From positions 196,917-260,916 of the forward strand of contig JBAZVG010000001.1 of the NCBI GenBank assembly GCA_041661005.1: a stretch of DNA of 64,000 nt, given 5' to 3'. The notes beneath the pieces are model-generated. The model was not told the origin of the DNA and did no database searches. It worked only from the letters and a program-made list of their open reading frames with translations. The stretch is from Minisyncoccota bacterium. GTDB lineage: Bacteria; Patescibacteriota; Minisyncoccia; Phycocordibacterales; UBA9973. Of the stretch, positions 1 to 9,370 are shown in pieces. The number at the start of each line of letters is the position of its first letter. Positions within the stretch are counted from its first letter, which is position 1. Both the position numbers and the translations under genes were made by a program.

Positions 1-1003
<1,003 letters not shown>

Positions 1004-1006
<3 letters not shown>

Positions 1007-1166
1007 TTTTGAAAATAAAATAGTTCTTGAGAAAAGCCTTGCGCAGGAGCTTAGAAAATAAAAATGGTATTCCATTTATTATTTTCTTGAGCGACGAGCA
1101 GTTCGCTGGCGAAGCTTCGCCAGATAGATTGCTTTTCGAGAGAAGTTATTTTATTTTTAAAAATTA
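1004..1166. repeat. Long imperfect hairpin element between atpD and atpC
   Basis: TAATTTTGAAAATAAAATAGTTCTT...AAGTTATTTTATTTTTAAAAATTA arms enclosing two inner hairpins (AGAAAATA/TATTTTCT; CTGGCGAAGCTTCGCCAG). Confidence 0.75.
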
Positions 1167-1179
1167 AAAGATTAAATAT

Positions 1180-1626
1180 ATGTCAAAACAATTAAAACTT
1201 AAAATAATTACCCCGGAACGCCTCATTTTGGAAGAAATGGTGGATCAAGTCAGCCTACCGACCACAGAGGGCGAAATAACTATTTTGCCGGAGCATATTC
1301 CGCTTATTTCCGGGCTTTCTGCCGGAGATGTGATAGCTTTCACAAATGGCGAACATGTGCCGATGGCAGTTGTAGGCGGATTCGTGGAGGTAAAGAATGG
1401 TAAAGATGGAACAACAGAAGTTGCCGTACTCGCTGATTTTGCCGAAACTATTGCCGAATTGACCGATGAGAAAATAATTCAGGCGAAAGCTCGCGCAGAA
1501 GAATTAAAGAAGCTGATGGAAAACAAAGAACATGTTGATTTCGAGCATTTCGAAGCTGAACTCGAACGCTCGCTCACACGCGTCAAAATCGCTGACAAGT
1601 GGAGAACAAGGAAATATAGAAAATAG
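1180..1626 (+). CDS. atpC: ATP synthase epsilon subunit
   Basis: LKIITPER...LPTTEGEITILPEHIPL...GGFVEV; follows atpD. Confidence 0.95.
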   Translation: MSKQLKLKIITPERLILEEMVDQVSLPTTEGEITILPEHIPLISGLSAGDVIAFTNGEHVPMAVVGGFVEVKNGKDGTTEVAVLADFAETIAELTDEKIIQAKARAEELKKLMENKEHVDFEHFEAELERSLTRVKIADKWRTRKYRK

Positions 1627-1737
1627 AACCTATTTTTAAGCTTGATTTTTCTTTTTTTTTAACATAACATCACTTTAAATGTTGTTCAAGCCCTCTTCTG
1701 GGCTTTTTGTCATAAACCTCAATCAATACTCAAAACT

Positions 1738-2754
1738 ATGCAAGAACAAAATCAGGGGCTCGTGCAAGAGCTTCAGGACGTTCAGACGTTTATCATTGGA
1801 GACAGTAAAATCGCGCTCGAAATGCGTATTCTCGCCAAGAAGCTTGGAGAAACTGATCACAAGGTTCTCATCCAAGGAGAAACTGGAGTTGGGAAAGAAA
1901 ACGCTGCCAGAGAAATTCACAAGAACGGACGCCAAGATAAACCGTTCGTGCCAGTGAATTGCTCGGCACTGCCTGAGAACCTTATCGAAAGTGAATTGTT
2001 TGGTCACAAGAAGGGTTCATTCACGGGTGCTATCGAGGACAGGAAAGGTTACTTTGAAACAGTCGAGGATGGCACTCTCTTACTCGACGAGATAGGAACA
2101 TTACCTTTACCTTCGCAGGTGAAAATCTTGCGAGTTCTTCAAGATGGGGTATTTAGTCCAGTTGGCGATCGACGTCCAATTCAACTCAAGGCGAGGGTTA
2201 TTGCCGGGACAAACATCGACCTTGAAAATGCGATACATAAAGGAGAGTTTCGCTCGGATCTTTTCCATCGTCTGAATGTGATTCCATTTTTTGTTCCGCC
2301 TCTGCGAGAACGTTTGGAGGATGTGCCTCTACTCGTTGAGCACTTTCTCAATAAGGAACAAGGAGAGGACAAACTCAAAAGATTCACTGCGGAAGCAATG
2401 GTGATGATGCAGGGCTATCACTGGCCAGGCAACATTCGTGAACTTGAGAATGCAGTTGCGCGTGCAGTGTTTTTCTCTAACGGAGAGATGGACATTAAGG
2501 TTGGGCACCTTTGTCTTCATCCCAAACTCAGAAATATGGATGAATCCGATCCTGTTTCTGGTGATGAGTTTAGGAGAGAGGGGAGGTTCATAAATTTTTA
2601 TGAGCTTGAAGAGCTCTATCTCCGAAAGCTCTTGGTAGAAGCAAGAGGAAATGTTTATCGGAGTGCCATCATTTCAGGTTTGCATCGTAACACCATCATA
2701 AGGCAGGTTAGTGAGTTCAAACTTGAACATTTGACTAATAAGCATAAAAAATAG
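1738..2754 (+). CDS. Sigma54-type enhancer-binding AAA+ protein without N-terminal sensor domain, C-terminal Fis-like HTH
   Basis: GETGVGKE, ESELFGHKKGSFTGA, LLLDEIG, FRSDLFHRL, WPGNIRELEN. Confidence 0.9.
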   Translation: MQEQNQGLVQELQDVQTFIIGDSKIALEMRILAKKLGETDHKVLIQGETGVGKENAAREIHKNGRQDKPFVPVNCSALPENLIESELFGHKKGSFTGAIEDRKGYFETVEDGTLLLDEIGTLPLPSQVKILRVLQDGVFSPVGDRRPIQLKARVIAGTNIDLENAIHKGEFRSDLFHRLNVIPFFVPPLRERLEDVPLLVEHFLNKEQGEDKLKRFTAEAMVMMQGYHWPGNIRELENAVARAVFFSNGEMDIKVGHLCLHPKLRNMDESDPVSGDEFRREGRFINFYELEELYLRKLLVEARGNVYRSAIISGLHRNTIIRQVSEFKLEHLTNKHKK

Positions 2755-2829
2755 TTAGAGGGCTACTAATTTAACCCTCGAAAAGGCCAGTGCAACACCG
2801 AAAGGAAAAAAGTGCTGGCTTTTTAGTTT
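2751..2829 (+). terminator. Two-hairpin 3' module ending in an intrinsic terminator (second copy at 28574-28640)
   Basis: GAGGGCTA..TAACCCTC hairpin, then AAAAGGCCAGTGC..GTGCTGGCTTTT followed by T tract. Confidence 0.7.
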
Positions 2830-2843
2830 TTTGTAGTTCTCGC

Positions 2844-2884
2844 TTGATTATTTAATTATTTAGATATATACTATATAATAGTAT
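2844..2884 (+). promoter_or_regulatory. TA operon promoter with overlapping inverted repeat (candidate antitoxin operator)
   Basis: TTGATT-17bp-TATACT; ATACTAT-ATA-ATAGTAT at 2868-2884. Confidence 0.55.
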
Positions 2885-2908
2885 TATAAGTTAATATTAT
2901 ATTATCAT

Positions 2909-3130
2909 ATGTCTACAATATCTGTGCCATTAAATTCAAAATTAGAGCAGTCCCTAGATTATTTAGTGAAATCAGGTGTTGCTGACAACAGAGCCGCAGT
3001 GATGCGAAAAGCTTTGACTCGCTTAACTGAAGATGAGGCAGTTTCTGCTGTTTTGCGCGCGGAGCAGGAAGTTAAAGATGGGTTAATTTTAAGAGGTGAT
3101 CTGAGAAAATTGGCTAAAAAAATAAAATAA
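2909..3130 (+). CDS. Ribbon-helix-helix antitoxin
   Basis: MSTISVPL..L..LV.SG...NRAAVMRKAL RHH pattern, directly upstream of RelE-like toxin. Confidence 0.8.
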   Translation: MSTISVPLNSKLEQSLDYLVKSGVADNRAAVMRKALTRLTEDEAVSAVLRAEQEVKDGLILRGDLRKLAKKIK

Positions 3131-3135
3131 ATTTT

Positions 3136-3393
3136 ATGAAAGTAGCCTATACGCCAGCTTTTATTAAGCAATTTAACACTCTTTCGAAAGAACTTCAGGA
3201 AGAAGTTTTGGCAAAAATAGAGCTTTTCAAAGATCGAAATAATCATAAGATGCTGAAAGTTCATAAATTACACGGTAAGCATTCCTCAAAATATAGTTTT
3301 TCCATTGATTATAAAAATAGAATTGTTTTTATGTATCTAACAAAACAAGAGATTATCTGTTTATTTATTGGTGATCATGATATTTATAAATAA
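3136..3393 (+). CDS. RelE/ParE-superfamily toxin
   Basis: YTPAFIKQF..L...LKVHKLHG...RIVF...IGDHDIY. Confidence 0.85.
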   Translation: MKVAYTPAFIKQFNTLSKELQEEVLAKIELFKDRNNHKMLKVHKLHGKHSSKYSFSIDYKNRIVFMYLTKQEIICLFIGDHDIYK

Positions 3394-3401
3394 TTTTTTA
3401 C

Positions 3402-4142
3402 ATGTCTAAATTTTACATTGTGGCGACGCCGATCGGGAATATGGGGGACATCACGCTTAGAGCTATCGAGACGCTTAAAAGCGTTGATTTGATATTGTGT
3501 GAAGATACGCGCGAGACAAAAAAAATTTTAGATAAATATGGAATAAATAAACCGACGATGAGCTATCCATCCGACGATGTAGTCGGAAAAGATAATAGAC
3601 AAAGTAAACTCGCAAAGATTCTTACTTTATTAGAAGAGGGAAAAAACTTAGCTTTAGTGTCAGATGCCGGCACGCCAACTATCTCAGACCCGGGTGCTAT
3701 GCTTGTTTCTAAGATTAAAGAAAAATTTAACCTCACCCCTTCGCCCCTCTCCTTGACAAGGAGAGGGGTTGGGGGAGAGGTGAGTGTTCAGGTGATTCCA
3801 ATTCCGGGCCCCTCGGCTGTCATCACTGCGCTTTCTGCTTCAGGACTGCCAACGCATGAATTTACTTTTCTTGGTTTTTTACCGCACAAAAAAGGTAGAG
3901 AGACTTTATTTAAAGAAATCGCTAGCGCAGAACGCACGATGGTTTTTTATGAATCTCCGCATAGAATTTTAAAAACTTTAGAGTCATTAATAAAATTTTC
4001 TCCAGAGAAGAAAGTTTGCATCGCGAGGGAGCTCACAAAAATTTACGAAGAATTTAAAACTGGAAGTCCTACTGAAGTTTTAGAATACTTAAATAAAAAT
4101 CCGATGAAACAAAAAGGGGAGTTTACGGTGATTGTGTCTTAA
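3402..4142 (+). CDS. rsmI: 16S rRNA C1402 2'-O-methyltransferase, carrying two palindromic in-frame inserts
   Basis: YIVATPIGN, CEDTR, LVSDAGTPTISDPG, FYESPHR, RELTKIYEE. Confidence 0.95.
   Translation: MSKFYIVATPIGNMGDITLRAIETLKSVDLILCEDTRETKKILDKYGINKPTMSYPSDDVVGKDNRQSKLAKILTLLEEGKNLALVSDAGTPTISDPGAMLVSKIKEKFNLTPSPLSLTRRGVGGEVSVQVIPIPGPSAVITALSASGLPTHEFTFLGFLPHKKGRETLFKEIASAERTMVFYESPHRILKTLESLIKFSPEKKVCIARELTKIYEEFKTGSPTEVLEYLNKNPMKQKGEFTVIVS
3730..3781. repeat. CCCCTCTCC/GGAGAGGGG-type palindromic element, in-frame in rsmI
   Basis: ACCTCACCCC-ttcg-CCCCTCTCCTTG-a-CAAGGAGAGGGG-tt-GGGGGAGAGGT; encodes LTPSPLSLTRRGVGGEV. Confidence 0.85.
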
Positions 4143-4148
4143 AATGAT

Positions 4149-4182
4149 CGAGGGACGCACGGATGGCTCCGGTGCGTCCCTC
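4149..4182 (-). terminator. GC hairpin between convergent rsmI and a small ORF
   Basis: GAGGGACGCAC...GTGCGTCCCTC. Confidence 0.65.
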
Positions 4183-4192
4183 TGACGATGCT

Positions 4193-4420
4193 TCAAGCGT
4201 ATTTCTTCAATAATTCAGGACCGCCATAATCCCTTGACAGGACGGCCGCGATTTTTTCACGTGTCTTGTCATCTACAAGCTCGGTAGATGATGGAACCTC
4301 TCGAAACAGCCTCCCACCTTTTCCAAATCTTTGTTCAGCTTCACGCCGAGCTAAAATTTGGTTGAGATTACCCTCGAATTCGTTAGATCCAAAGGTATTA
4401 GTATATATGTAGTTTGGCAT
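4193..4420 (-). CDS. Small hypothetical protein
   Basis: 75-aa ORF with ATG start and downstream hairpin. Confidence 0.55.
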   Translation of the reverse strand: MPNYIYTNTFGSNEFEGNLNQILARREAEQRFGKGGRLFREVPSSTELVDDKTREKIAAVLSRDYGGPELLKKYA

Positions 4421-4454
4421 AGAACAATTTTCCTTTCTTGCCTAACAATATACT

Positions 4455-4802
4455 CTATTTCAATTTATGTTTCAAGCAAGTAATTATAGACCAATCGAAT
4501 TTTCCTTTCTCTGCCAGGTATTTCATTTTGTCTAACGCCCAAATAGAGTCGTCTAAAACCTCATTGCATGCTTGATATAATTTTTTTGCTTCACTGGCGA
4601 GCTTTCTATATTCATATCTACCTTTATAAAATCCTTTAGGCATTTTTTCCCAGCCGTTCATTTTGTAATAACAATTTACTATCTCATGCACCGGGTTGAC
4701 AGCTTGTTTATGTTTCTGCAAATTCGCCAAATATCCACTGAATGGATTTTTTAATTCATCTTCAGAGCCGTTTTTTTTATCATCTTTCTCCATGCTATCC
4801 AT
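4455..4802 (-). CDS. Hypothetical protein
   Basis: 115-aa ORF, host-like codon use. Confidence 0.7.
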   Translation of the reverse strand: MDSMEKDDKKNGSEDELKNPFSGYLANLQKHKQAVNPVHEIVNCYYKMNGWEKMPKGFYKGRYEYRKLASEAKKLYQACNEVLDDSIWALDKMKYLAEKGKFDWSIITCLKHKLK

Positions 4803-4828
4803 CCTTTTATTTTAGCATAAATATGATA

Positions 4829-4894
4829 CCCGGTAGTGAAACTTGGCAAAGTTTTTTAAACGTGCTTCGCGCATTGCCAAGTTCTACTACCGGG
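4829..4894. mobile_element. MITE-like element with CCCGGTAG/CTACCGGG ends and TGATA direct repeat, in the mreB promoter
   Basis: TGATA 4824-4828 and 4895-4899 flank CCCGGTAGTGAAACTTGGCAA...TTGCCAAGTTCTACTACCGGG. Confidence 0.7.
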
Positions 4895-4909
4895 TGATAT
4901 ATTACCTAT

Positions 4910-5923
4910 ATGGGTATCTTCACAAAAAGGTTGGGCATAGATTTAGGGACGGCGAATACCCTAGTGTTTTTGCCTGGCAAGGGAATAATTTTAAACGAGC
5001 CTTCGGTGGTGGCTGTTTCTGAACAAGACAATAAAATTTTAGCCATTGGTTTTGAGGCTAAAGATATGATCGGCAAAACTCCAGAGTCTATCATTACTTA
5101 TTGTCCAATGAAAGACGGAGTGATTGCAGACTATCGTGTTACGGAGGCGATGCTTCGTTATTTCATAAACAAAGCGATGGGGCGGTTTAATTTTTTTAAA
5201 CCCGATGTGATGGTTTCAGTTCCGGCGGGCGTTACTTCCACAGAAAGACGAGCTGTCATAGAGGCTACCATACGCGCAGGCGCTAAAAATGCTTACGTAG
5301 TGAAGGAGCCCATCTTGGCGGCCATCGGCGCCGGAATTCCAATCTATGAATCGAAGGGTCATATGGTGGTGGACATCGGTGGAGGCACGACGGACGTGGC
5401 TGTTATCTCACTCGGAGGAATCGTGGCTTCTACATCAGTTAAATGCGCTGGAAATAAAATAGACCAAGCCATAGCTGATTACATAAAGAAAACTTTCAAT
5501 TTGGCGATAGGTGATAGAACAGCCGAAGAAGTTAAAATAAAAATAGGTGCCGCAGTAATGCTCGAAGAAGAATTGAGTGTAACGATAAAAGGGCGAGATT
5601 TTATCCAAGGTTTGCCTAGATCTGCTCGCGTCGGAACGAATGAAATAGTAAAAGCCATAGATGGAGAATTAAGGCAAATTATAAAAGCGATTAAAGCTGT
5701 TTTGCAAGAAACTCCGCCGGAACTTGCTTCGGACATTATAGATCAAGGTATCATTATGACTGGTGGTTCGTCTCAATTGCGAAATTTTACAGACTTGGTT
5801 TTTCGCAAGACAGGCGTCAAGGCGGCGCTCGCCGAAGATCCTCTTTTTTGCGTGGTGAAGGGCACAGGCATAGCGCTCGAGCATTTGGATGTATATAAAA
5901 AAACAGTTTTAAGTAAAAAGTGA
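4910..5923 (+). CDS. mreB: Rod shape-determining actin MreB
   Basis: GIDLGTANT, NEPSVVA, VDIGGGTTD, MTGGSS. Confidence 0.96.
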   Translation: MGIFTKRLGIDLGTANTLVFLPGKGIILNEPSVVAVSEQDNKILAIGFEAKDMIGKTPESIITYCPMKDGVIADYRVTEAMLRYFINKAMGRFNFFKPDVMVSVPAGVTSTERRAVIEATIRAGAKNAYVVKEPILAAIGAGIPIYESKGHMVVDIGGGTTDVAVISLGGIVASTSVKCAGNKIDQAIADYIKKTFNLAIGDRTAEEVKIKIGAAVMLEEELSVTIKGRDFIQGLPRSARVGTNEIVKAIDGELRQIIKAIKAVLQETPPELASDIIDQGIIMTGGSSQLRNFTDLVFRKTGVKAALAEDPLFCVVKGTGIALEHLDVYKKTVLSKK

Positions 5924-5924
5924 G

Positions 5925-6045
5925 TTCTTCAAAAACAAAATAGCTACTTTTAAAAACCCGCATAAAATTCTGCTGAATTTTTGCTAAGACTTCGGCCCGT
6001 CGGCCTCCGTACGATTTTTAAAAGCACTATTTTATTTTTGAAGAA
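5925..6045. repeat. Long-stem structured element (related to 24389-24488)
   Basis: TTCTTCAAAAACAAAATAG...CTATTTTATTTTTGAAGAA arms; inner AAAATTCTGCTGAATTTT hairpin. Confidence 0.8.
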
Positions 6046-6058
6046 TTGTTTAAACTAT

Positions 6059-6817
6059 ATGAAAATAAAAGAACATTTAGATAAAAATAATTTACATCAT
6101 GCTTATCTAGTAGAGGGCATACGTGAAGAGATTGTGTCGGAGATTTTTAATTTTTTGAAGGATTTAAACATTAAGACTTCCGGCAATCCTGATTTTTGCC
6201 ATATAACAATTGATAATTTTAAAATTGACGAGGCATTTGATCTGCGCGCCATGTCTTCAAATAAAAGCTTTGCCCTTGGCCATAGCCCTACGGGCGAGCC
6301 AGGCGAGGCTTCCTTTAAGAAAGTTTTCCTTGTTTGTGTGAACAGCTTTTCTTTAGATGCGCAGAATGTTTTGCTCAAAATGTTTGAAGAACCGATAGAG
6401 AACACGCATTTTTTTCTAGTTGTGCCAGATGTAAATGTTCTTTTGAAAACATTAGTTTCTAGATTTTATTTAATAAAAAATGAAAATTTAAATAATGAAA
6501 CAGAAGAAGCAGAGAAATTTATAAATATGTCTTTACAAAAGAGAATAGATTTTATAAAAGAATTGTTGTTAGAACCGGAGGAGAAAGATGAAGACGGGAA
6601 TGAAATTGTTCTTTTGGATTCATCTCGCTCAAAAGCACTGAAATTCTTGAATGCTCTGGAATTAACTCTGCATAAAAACCTAGTGTCAAGGGCGGGCTTT
6701 GACACTAGGTTTTTTGAGCAAATTTTCAAAGTCCGTGAATTTCTCCGTATGCCAGGTTCTTCCGCTAAAACTCTAATGGAGTCCGTGGCGTTGTTGATAC
6801 CGGAAAAAATATCTTAA
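6059..6817 (+). CDS. holB: DNA polymerase III delta-prime-like clamp-loader subunit, with GC hairpin insert at 6265-6311
   Basis: LHHAYL, NPDF, AQNVLLKMFEEP, LLKTLVSR. Confidence 0.8.
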   Translation: MKIKEHLDKNNLHHAYLVEGIREEIVSEIFNFLKDLNIKTSGNPDFCHITIDNFKIDEAFDLRAMSSNKSFALGHSPTGEPGEASFKKVFLVCVNSFSLDAQNVLLKMFEEPIENTHFFLVVPDVNVLLKTLVSRFYLIKNENLNNETEEAEKFINMSLQKRIDFIKELLLEPEEKDEDGNEIVLLDSSRSKALKFLNALELTLHKNLVSRAGFDTRFFEQIFKVREFLRMPGSSAKTLMESVALLIPEKIS

Positions 6818-6856
6818 AGATGAAATACAAAGTACGGGGCAGGCTGTAAAAAAGAC

Positions 6857-8581
6857 ATGGACAATATTAGTAAAAATAGAATATGTCAAAATTGTCGAGG
6901 TGAATTTGTAATCGAATCGGAGGATTTTAATTTCTACGAAAAGATGAAAGTTCCTGCGCCGACTTTTTGTCCGGAGTGTCGACTCATCAGGAGGCTTGTG
7001 TTGAGAAATGAGCGTATTTTATACAAACGTGAGTGTAATTTATGTAAAAAAAATATTATTTCGATTTATCATCAATCTGTACCTTTTCCAGTGTATTGTC
7101 TTCAATGCTGGTACGGCGATGGCTGGGATCCAGTTTCTTTCGGGCGGGACTATGACTTCTCTAGGCCCTTTTTTGAACAATGGAAAGGATTTTCCGATTC
7201 TGCTCCACGACTTGCTTTATGGCACAGAAATGCGATCAATTCCGATTACTCGAGCTTTGTAGGAGAGTCGAAGAATGTTTATTTATCAGTCTCGGTAGTT
7301 CTTGGATCAGAAAATGTATTTTATTCAAAATTTGTGGATAAATCAACGGATATTGTTGATTGTTTGAATATTAAAGACGGACAAATTCTTTATGAAGACA
7401 TAGAGGGCGAAAAAAATTACAATTGCCAGCACCTTTTCTTATCAAAGAATTGTATTGATTCTTTTTTTCTCGTTGACTGCACAAATTGCAGTAATTGTTT
7501 ACTTTCCCATAATTTGCGTAATAAAGAATTTTACATTCGTAATGTGAAATATTCAAAAGAAGAATATTTTAAAGAATTGGAAAAAATTAATTTAAAAAGC
7601 AGAGCGTCAAGAAAAATTTCATTGGAAGAATTTGAAAAAATCAAAATAAAATCTATTTATCGTTTTGCCAATATTGTAAAATCTGTGAACTCAACAGGGA
7701 ATAATCTTTTAAATGTTAAAAATTGTAAAAATTGTTTCGAAGTTTATGATGCTGAAAATTTAAAATATTGTTATCGGGTATTGAGATCTTTTAAAGATTC
7801 CATGGATACGAGTTATGGGATGAAATCTGAATTAATTTATGAATATATAACTGGCGCTAATACTGATTATAATGTGAAATTTTCTTCCTCTGGAATAAAT
7901 TATGTGCAAAATGCCGAATATACTGATTGTTGCATTAATTGTAATAATATTTTTGGTTGCATTTCTCTGAAGAATAAAGAAAACGCGGTTTTTAATAAAA
8001 TTTACACTAAAGAAGAATTTTTTAAACTTCGTGAAAAAATTATTGACCACATGAATGAAATGCCCTATGTTGACCAAAAGGGAAGAGTTTATAAATATGG
8101 AGAATTTTTCCCAATAGAATTGTCTCCGTTTGCCTACAATGAAACTTTGGCGCAGGAGATAGCTCCGATTACAGAGAAGCAAGCAAGCGCAGAAGGTTAT
8201 CCATGGCGCAAGTCGGACCAAAAGAATTTCAAAATTACAATTCCTGCGGAAGATATTCCAGACAACATCAATGAAGTAAGTGACAAAATTTTGAATGAAG
8301 TTTTGGGTTGCGCGCATGAAGGGAAATGTGAACATCAGTGTAATGAAGCTTTTCGCATAACCAATTATGAATTAAATTTTTATAAAAAACACAGTATACC
8401 ATTGCCGATTCTTTGTCAGAATTGCCGTTATTATGAAAGATCGAAAGTTATGCCATCACTCAAATTGTGGCACAGAAAGTGTATGAAAAAAGGTTGCGAA
8501 AATGAATTTGAAACCTCATATGCTCCAAATCGGCCGGAGATTATTTATTGTGAGCGTTGTTATCAGCAAGAAGTTTATTAA
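6857..8581 (+). CDS. Cys-rich multi-CxxC protein of the CPR-expanded type (paralogue at 55332)
   Basis: CQNC..F, PTFCPECR, many CxxC, ends IYCERCYQQEVY. Confidence 0.85.
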   Translation: MDNISKNRICQNCRGEFVIESEDFNFYEKMKVPAPTFCPECRLIRRLVLRNERILYKRECNLCKKNIISIYHQSVPFPVYCLQCWYGDGWDPVSFGRDYDFSRPFFEQWKGFSDSAPRLALWHRNAINSDYSSFVGESKNVYLSVSVVLGSENVFYSKFVDKSTDIVDCLNIKDGQILYEDIEGEKNYNCQHLFLSKNCIDSFFLVDCTNCSNCLLSHNLRNKEFYIRNVKYSKEEYFKELEKINLKSRASRKISLEEFEKIKIKSIYRFANIVKSVNSTGNNLLNVKNCKNCFEVYDAENLKYCYRVLRSFKDSMDTSYGMKSELIYEYITGANTDYNVKFSSSGINYVQNAEYTDCCINCNNIFGCISLKNKENAVFNKIYTKEEFFKLREKIIDHMNEMPYVDQKGRVYKYGEFFPIELSPFAYNETLAQEIAPITEKQASAEGYPWRKSDQKNFKITIPAEDIPDNINEVSDKILNEVLGCAHEGKCEHQCNEAFRITNYELNFYKKHSIPLPILCQNCRYYERSKVMPSLKLWHRKCMKKGCENEFETSYAPNRPEIIYCERCYQQEVY

Positions 8582-8615
8582 ATTTAAAATTTATGATACA
8601 ATAAAATCATGCAAT

Positions 8616-8732
8616 CCCGTTAGAAGCCGCGGTCGCAGTATTATATAAAAATTATGAAGTGGAAAAATATAGAAATTAATAGTTTAATCAAGCACAGTTA
8701 CGGTTTATTGACCGCGACCTGCTTCTAACGGG
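8616..8732. mobile_element. MITE-like element with CCCGTTAGAAGC terminal IRs, duplicating the frr start (ATGCAAT)
   Basis: ATGCAAT at 8609-8615 and 8733-8739; 12-bp terminal IR plus inner CGCGGTC/GACCGCG. Confidence 0.85.
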
Positions 8733-9284
8733 ATGCAATACAATTTTTCAAACTTTAAAACAGAAATTAAAAAAGTAGGGGATTTTTTAAGCAAAGAATA
8801 TAGCCAATTAAATATTGGACGAGCGTCGCCTATGGTTTTGGACGGCGTTTCCGTAGAATCATACGGATCTCGTGTCCCGTTAAAAAACACCGCTTCTGTT
8901 TCCATTGAGGATCCGAAAACTTTGCGCGTGGTGCCTTGGGACAAGGGTCAAATAAAAGATATTGAAAAGGCTATCAATGCGGCCAATCTGGGGCTGTCAG
9001 TTGCGACCGATGATGCTGGTATTCGAGTTATTTTTCCACAGTTAACGACGGATACAAGGCAATCTCTCGTGAAAGTGCTGAAAGAAAAATTGGAGGAAAC
9101 CAGAATCACTGTGCGTCGCGAGCGTGAAAGTATTTGGAAAGACGTAGAAGCCAAAGAAAAGGAAGGCAAGCTGACCGAAGATGAAAAATTTAGAGCAAAG
9201 GAAGAATTACAAAAAATTATAGATGAAGCTAACAGAAACCTAGAGGCAAGTTTCGAAAAAAAGCAGAAAGAAGTCATGGGGTAG
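8733..9284 (+). CDS. frr: Ribosome recycling factor
   Basis: GRASP.VLD.V.V.SYG, PWDK, IEKAI..ANLGL, IRVIFPQLT. Confidence 0.95.
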   Translation: MQYNFSNFKTEIKKVGDFLSKEYSQLNIGRASPMVLDGVSVESYGSRVPLKNTASVSIEDPKTLRVVPWDKGQIKDIEKAINAANLGLSVATDDAGIRVIFPQLTTDTRQSLVKVLKEKLEETRITVRRERESIWKDVEAKEKEGKLTEDEKFRAKEELQKIIDEANRNLEASFEKKQKEVMG

Positions 9285-9296
9285 AGCCGTATGAAT

Positions 9297-9370
9297 CCCG
9301 TTAGAAATTATAGGGACATGAAAAATATAAATTACAATCAAATATTACTTTTGGGTGAATTTCTAACGGG
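9297..9370. mobile_element. MITE-like element with CCCGTTAGAAATT terminal IRs, duplicating the rseP start (ATGAAT)
   Basis: ATGAAT at 9291-9296 and 9371-9376; 13-bp perfect terminal IR. Confidence 0.85.

Noticed and set aside
2751-2829. Integron attC site (GTTAGAG resembles GTTRRRY)
   Set aside because: The order and pairing of R''/L''/L'/R' boxes do not fit, and there is no integron integrase or cassette array.
5981-6058. Extended N-termini predicted for holB (5981) and serS (24440)
   Set aside because: The extensions are read from hairpin repeat elements; family-like sequence starts at 6059 and 24524.
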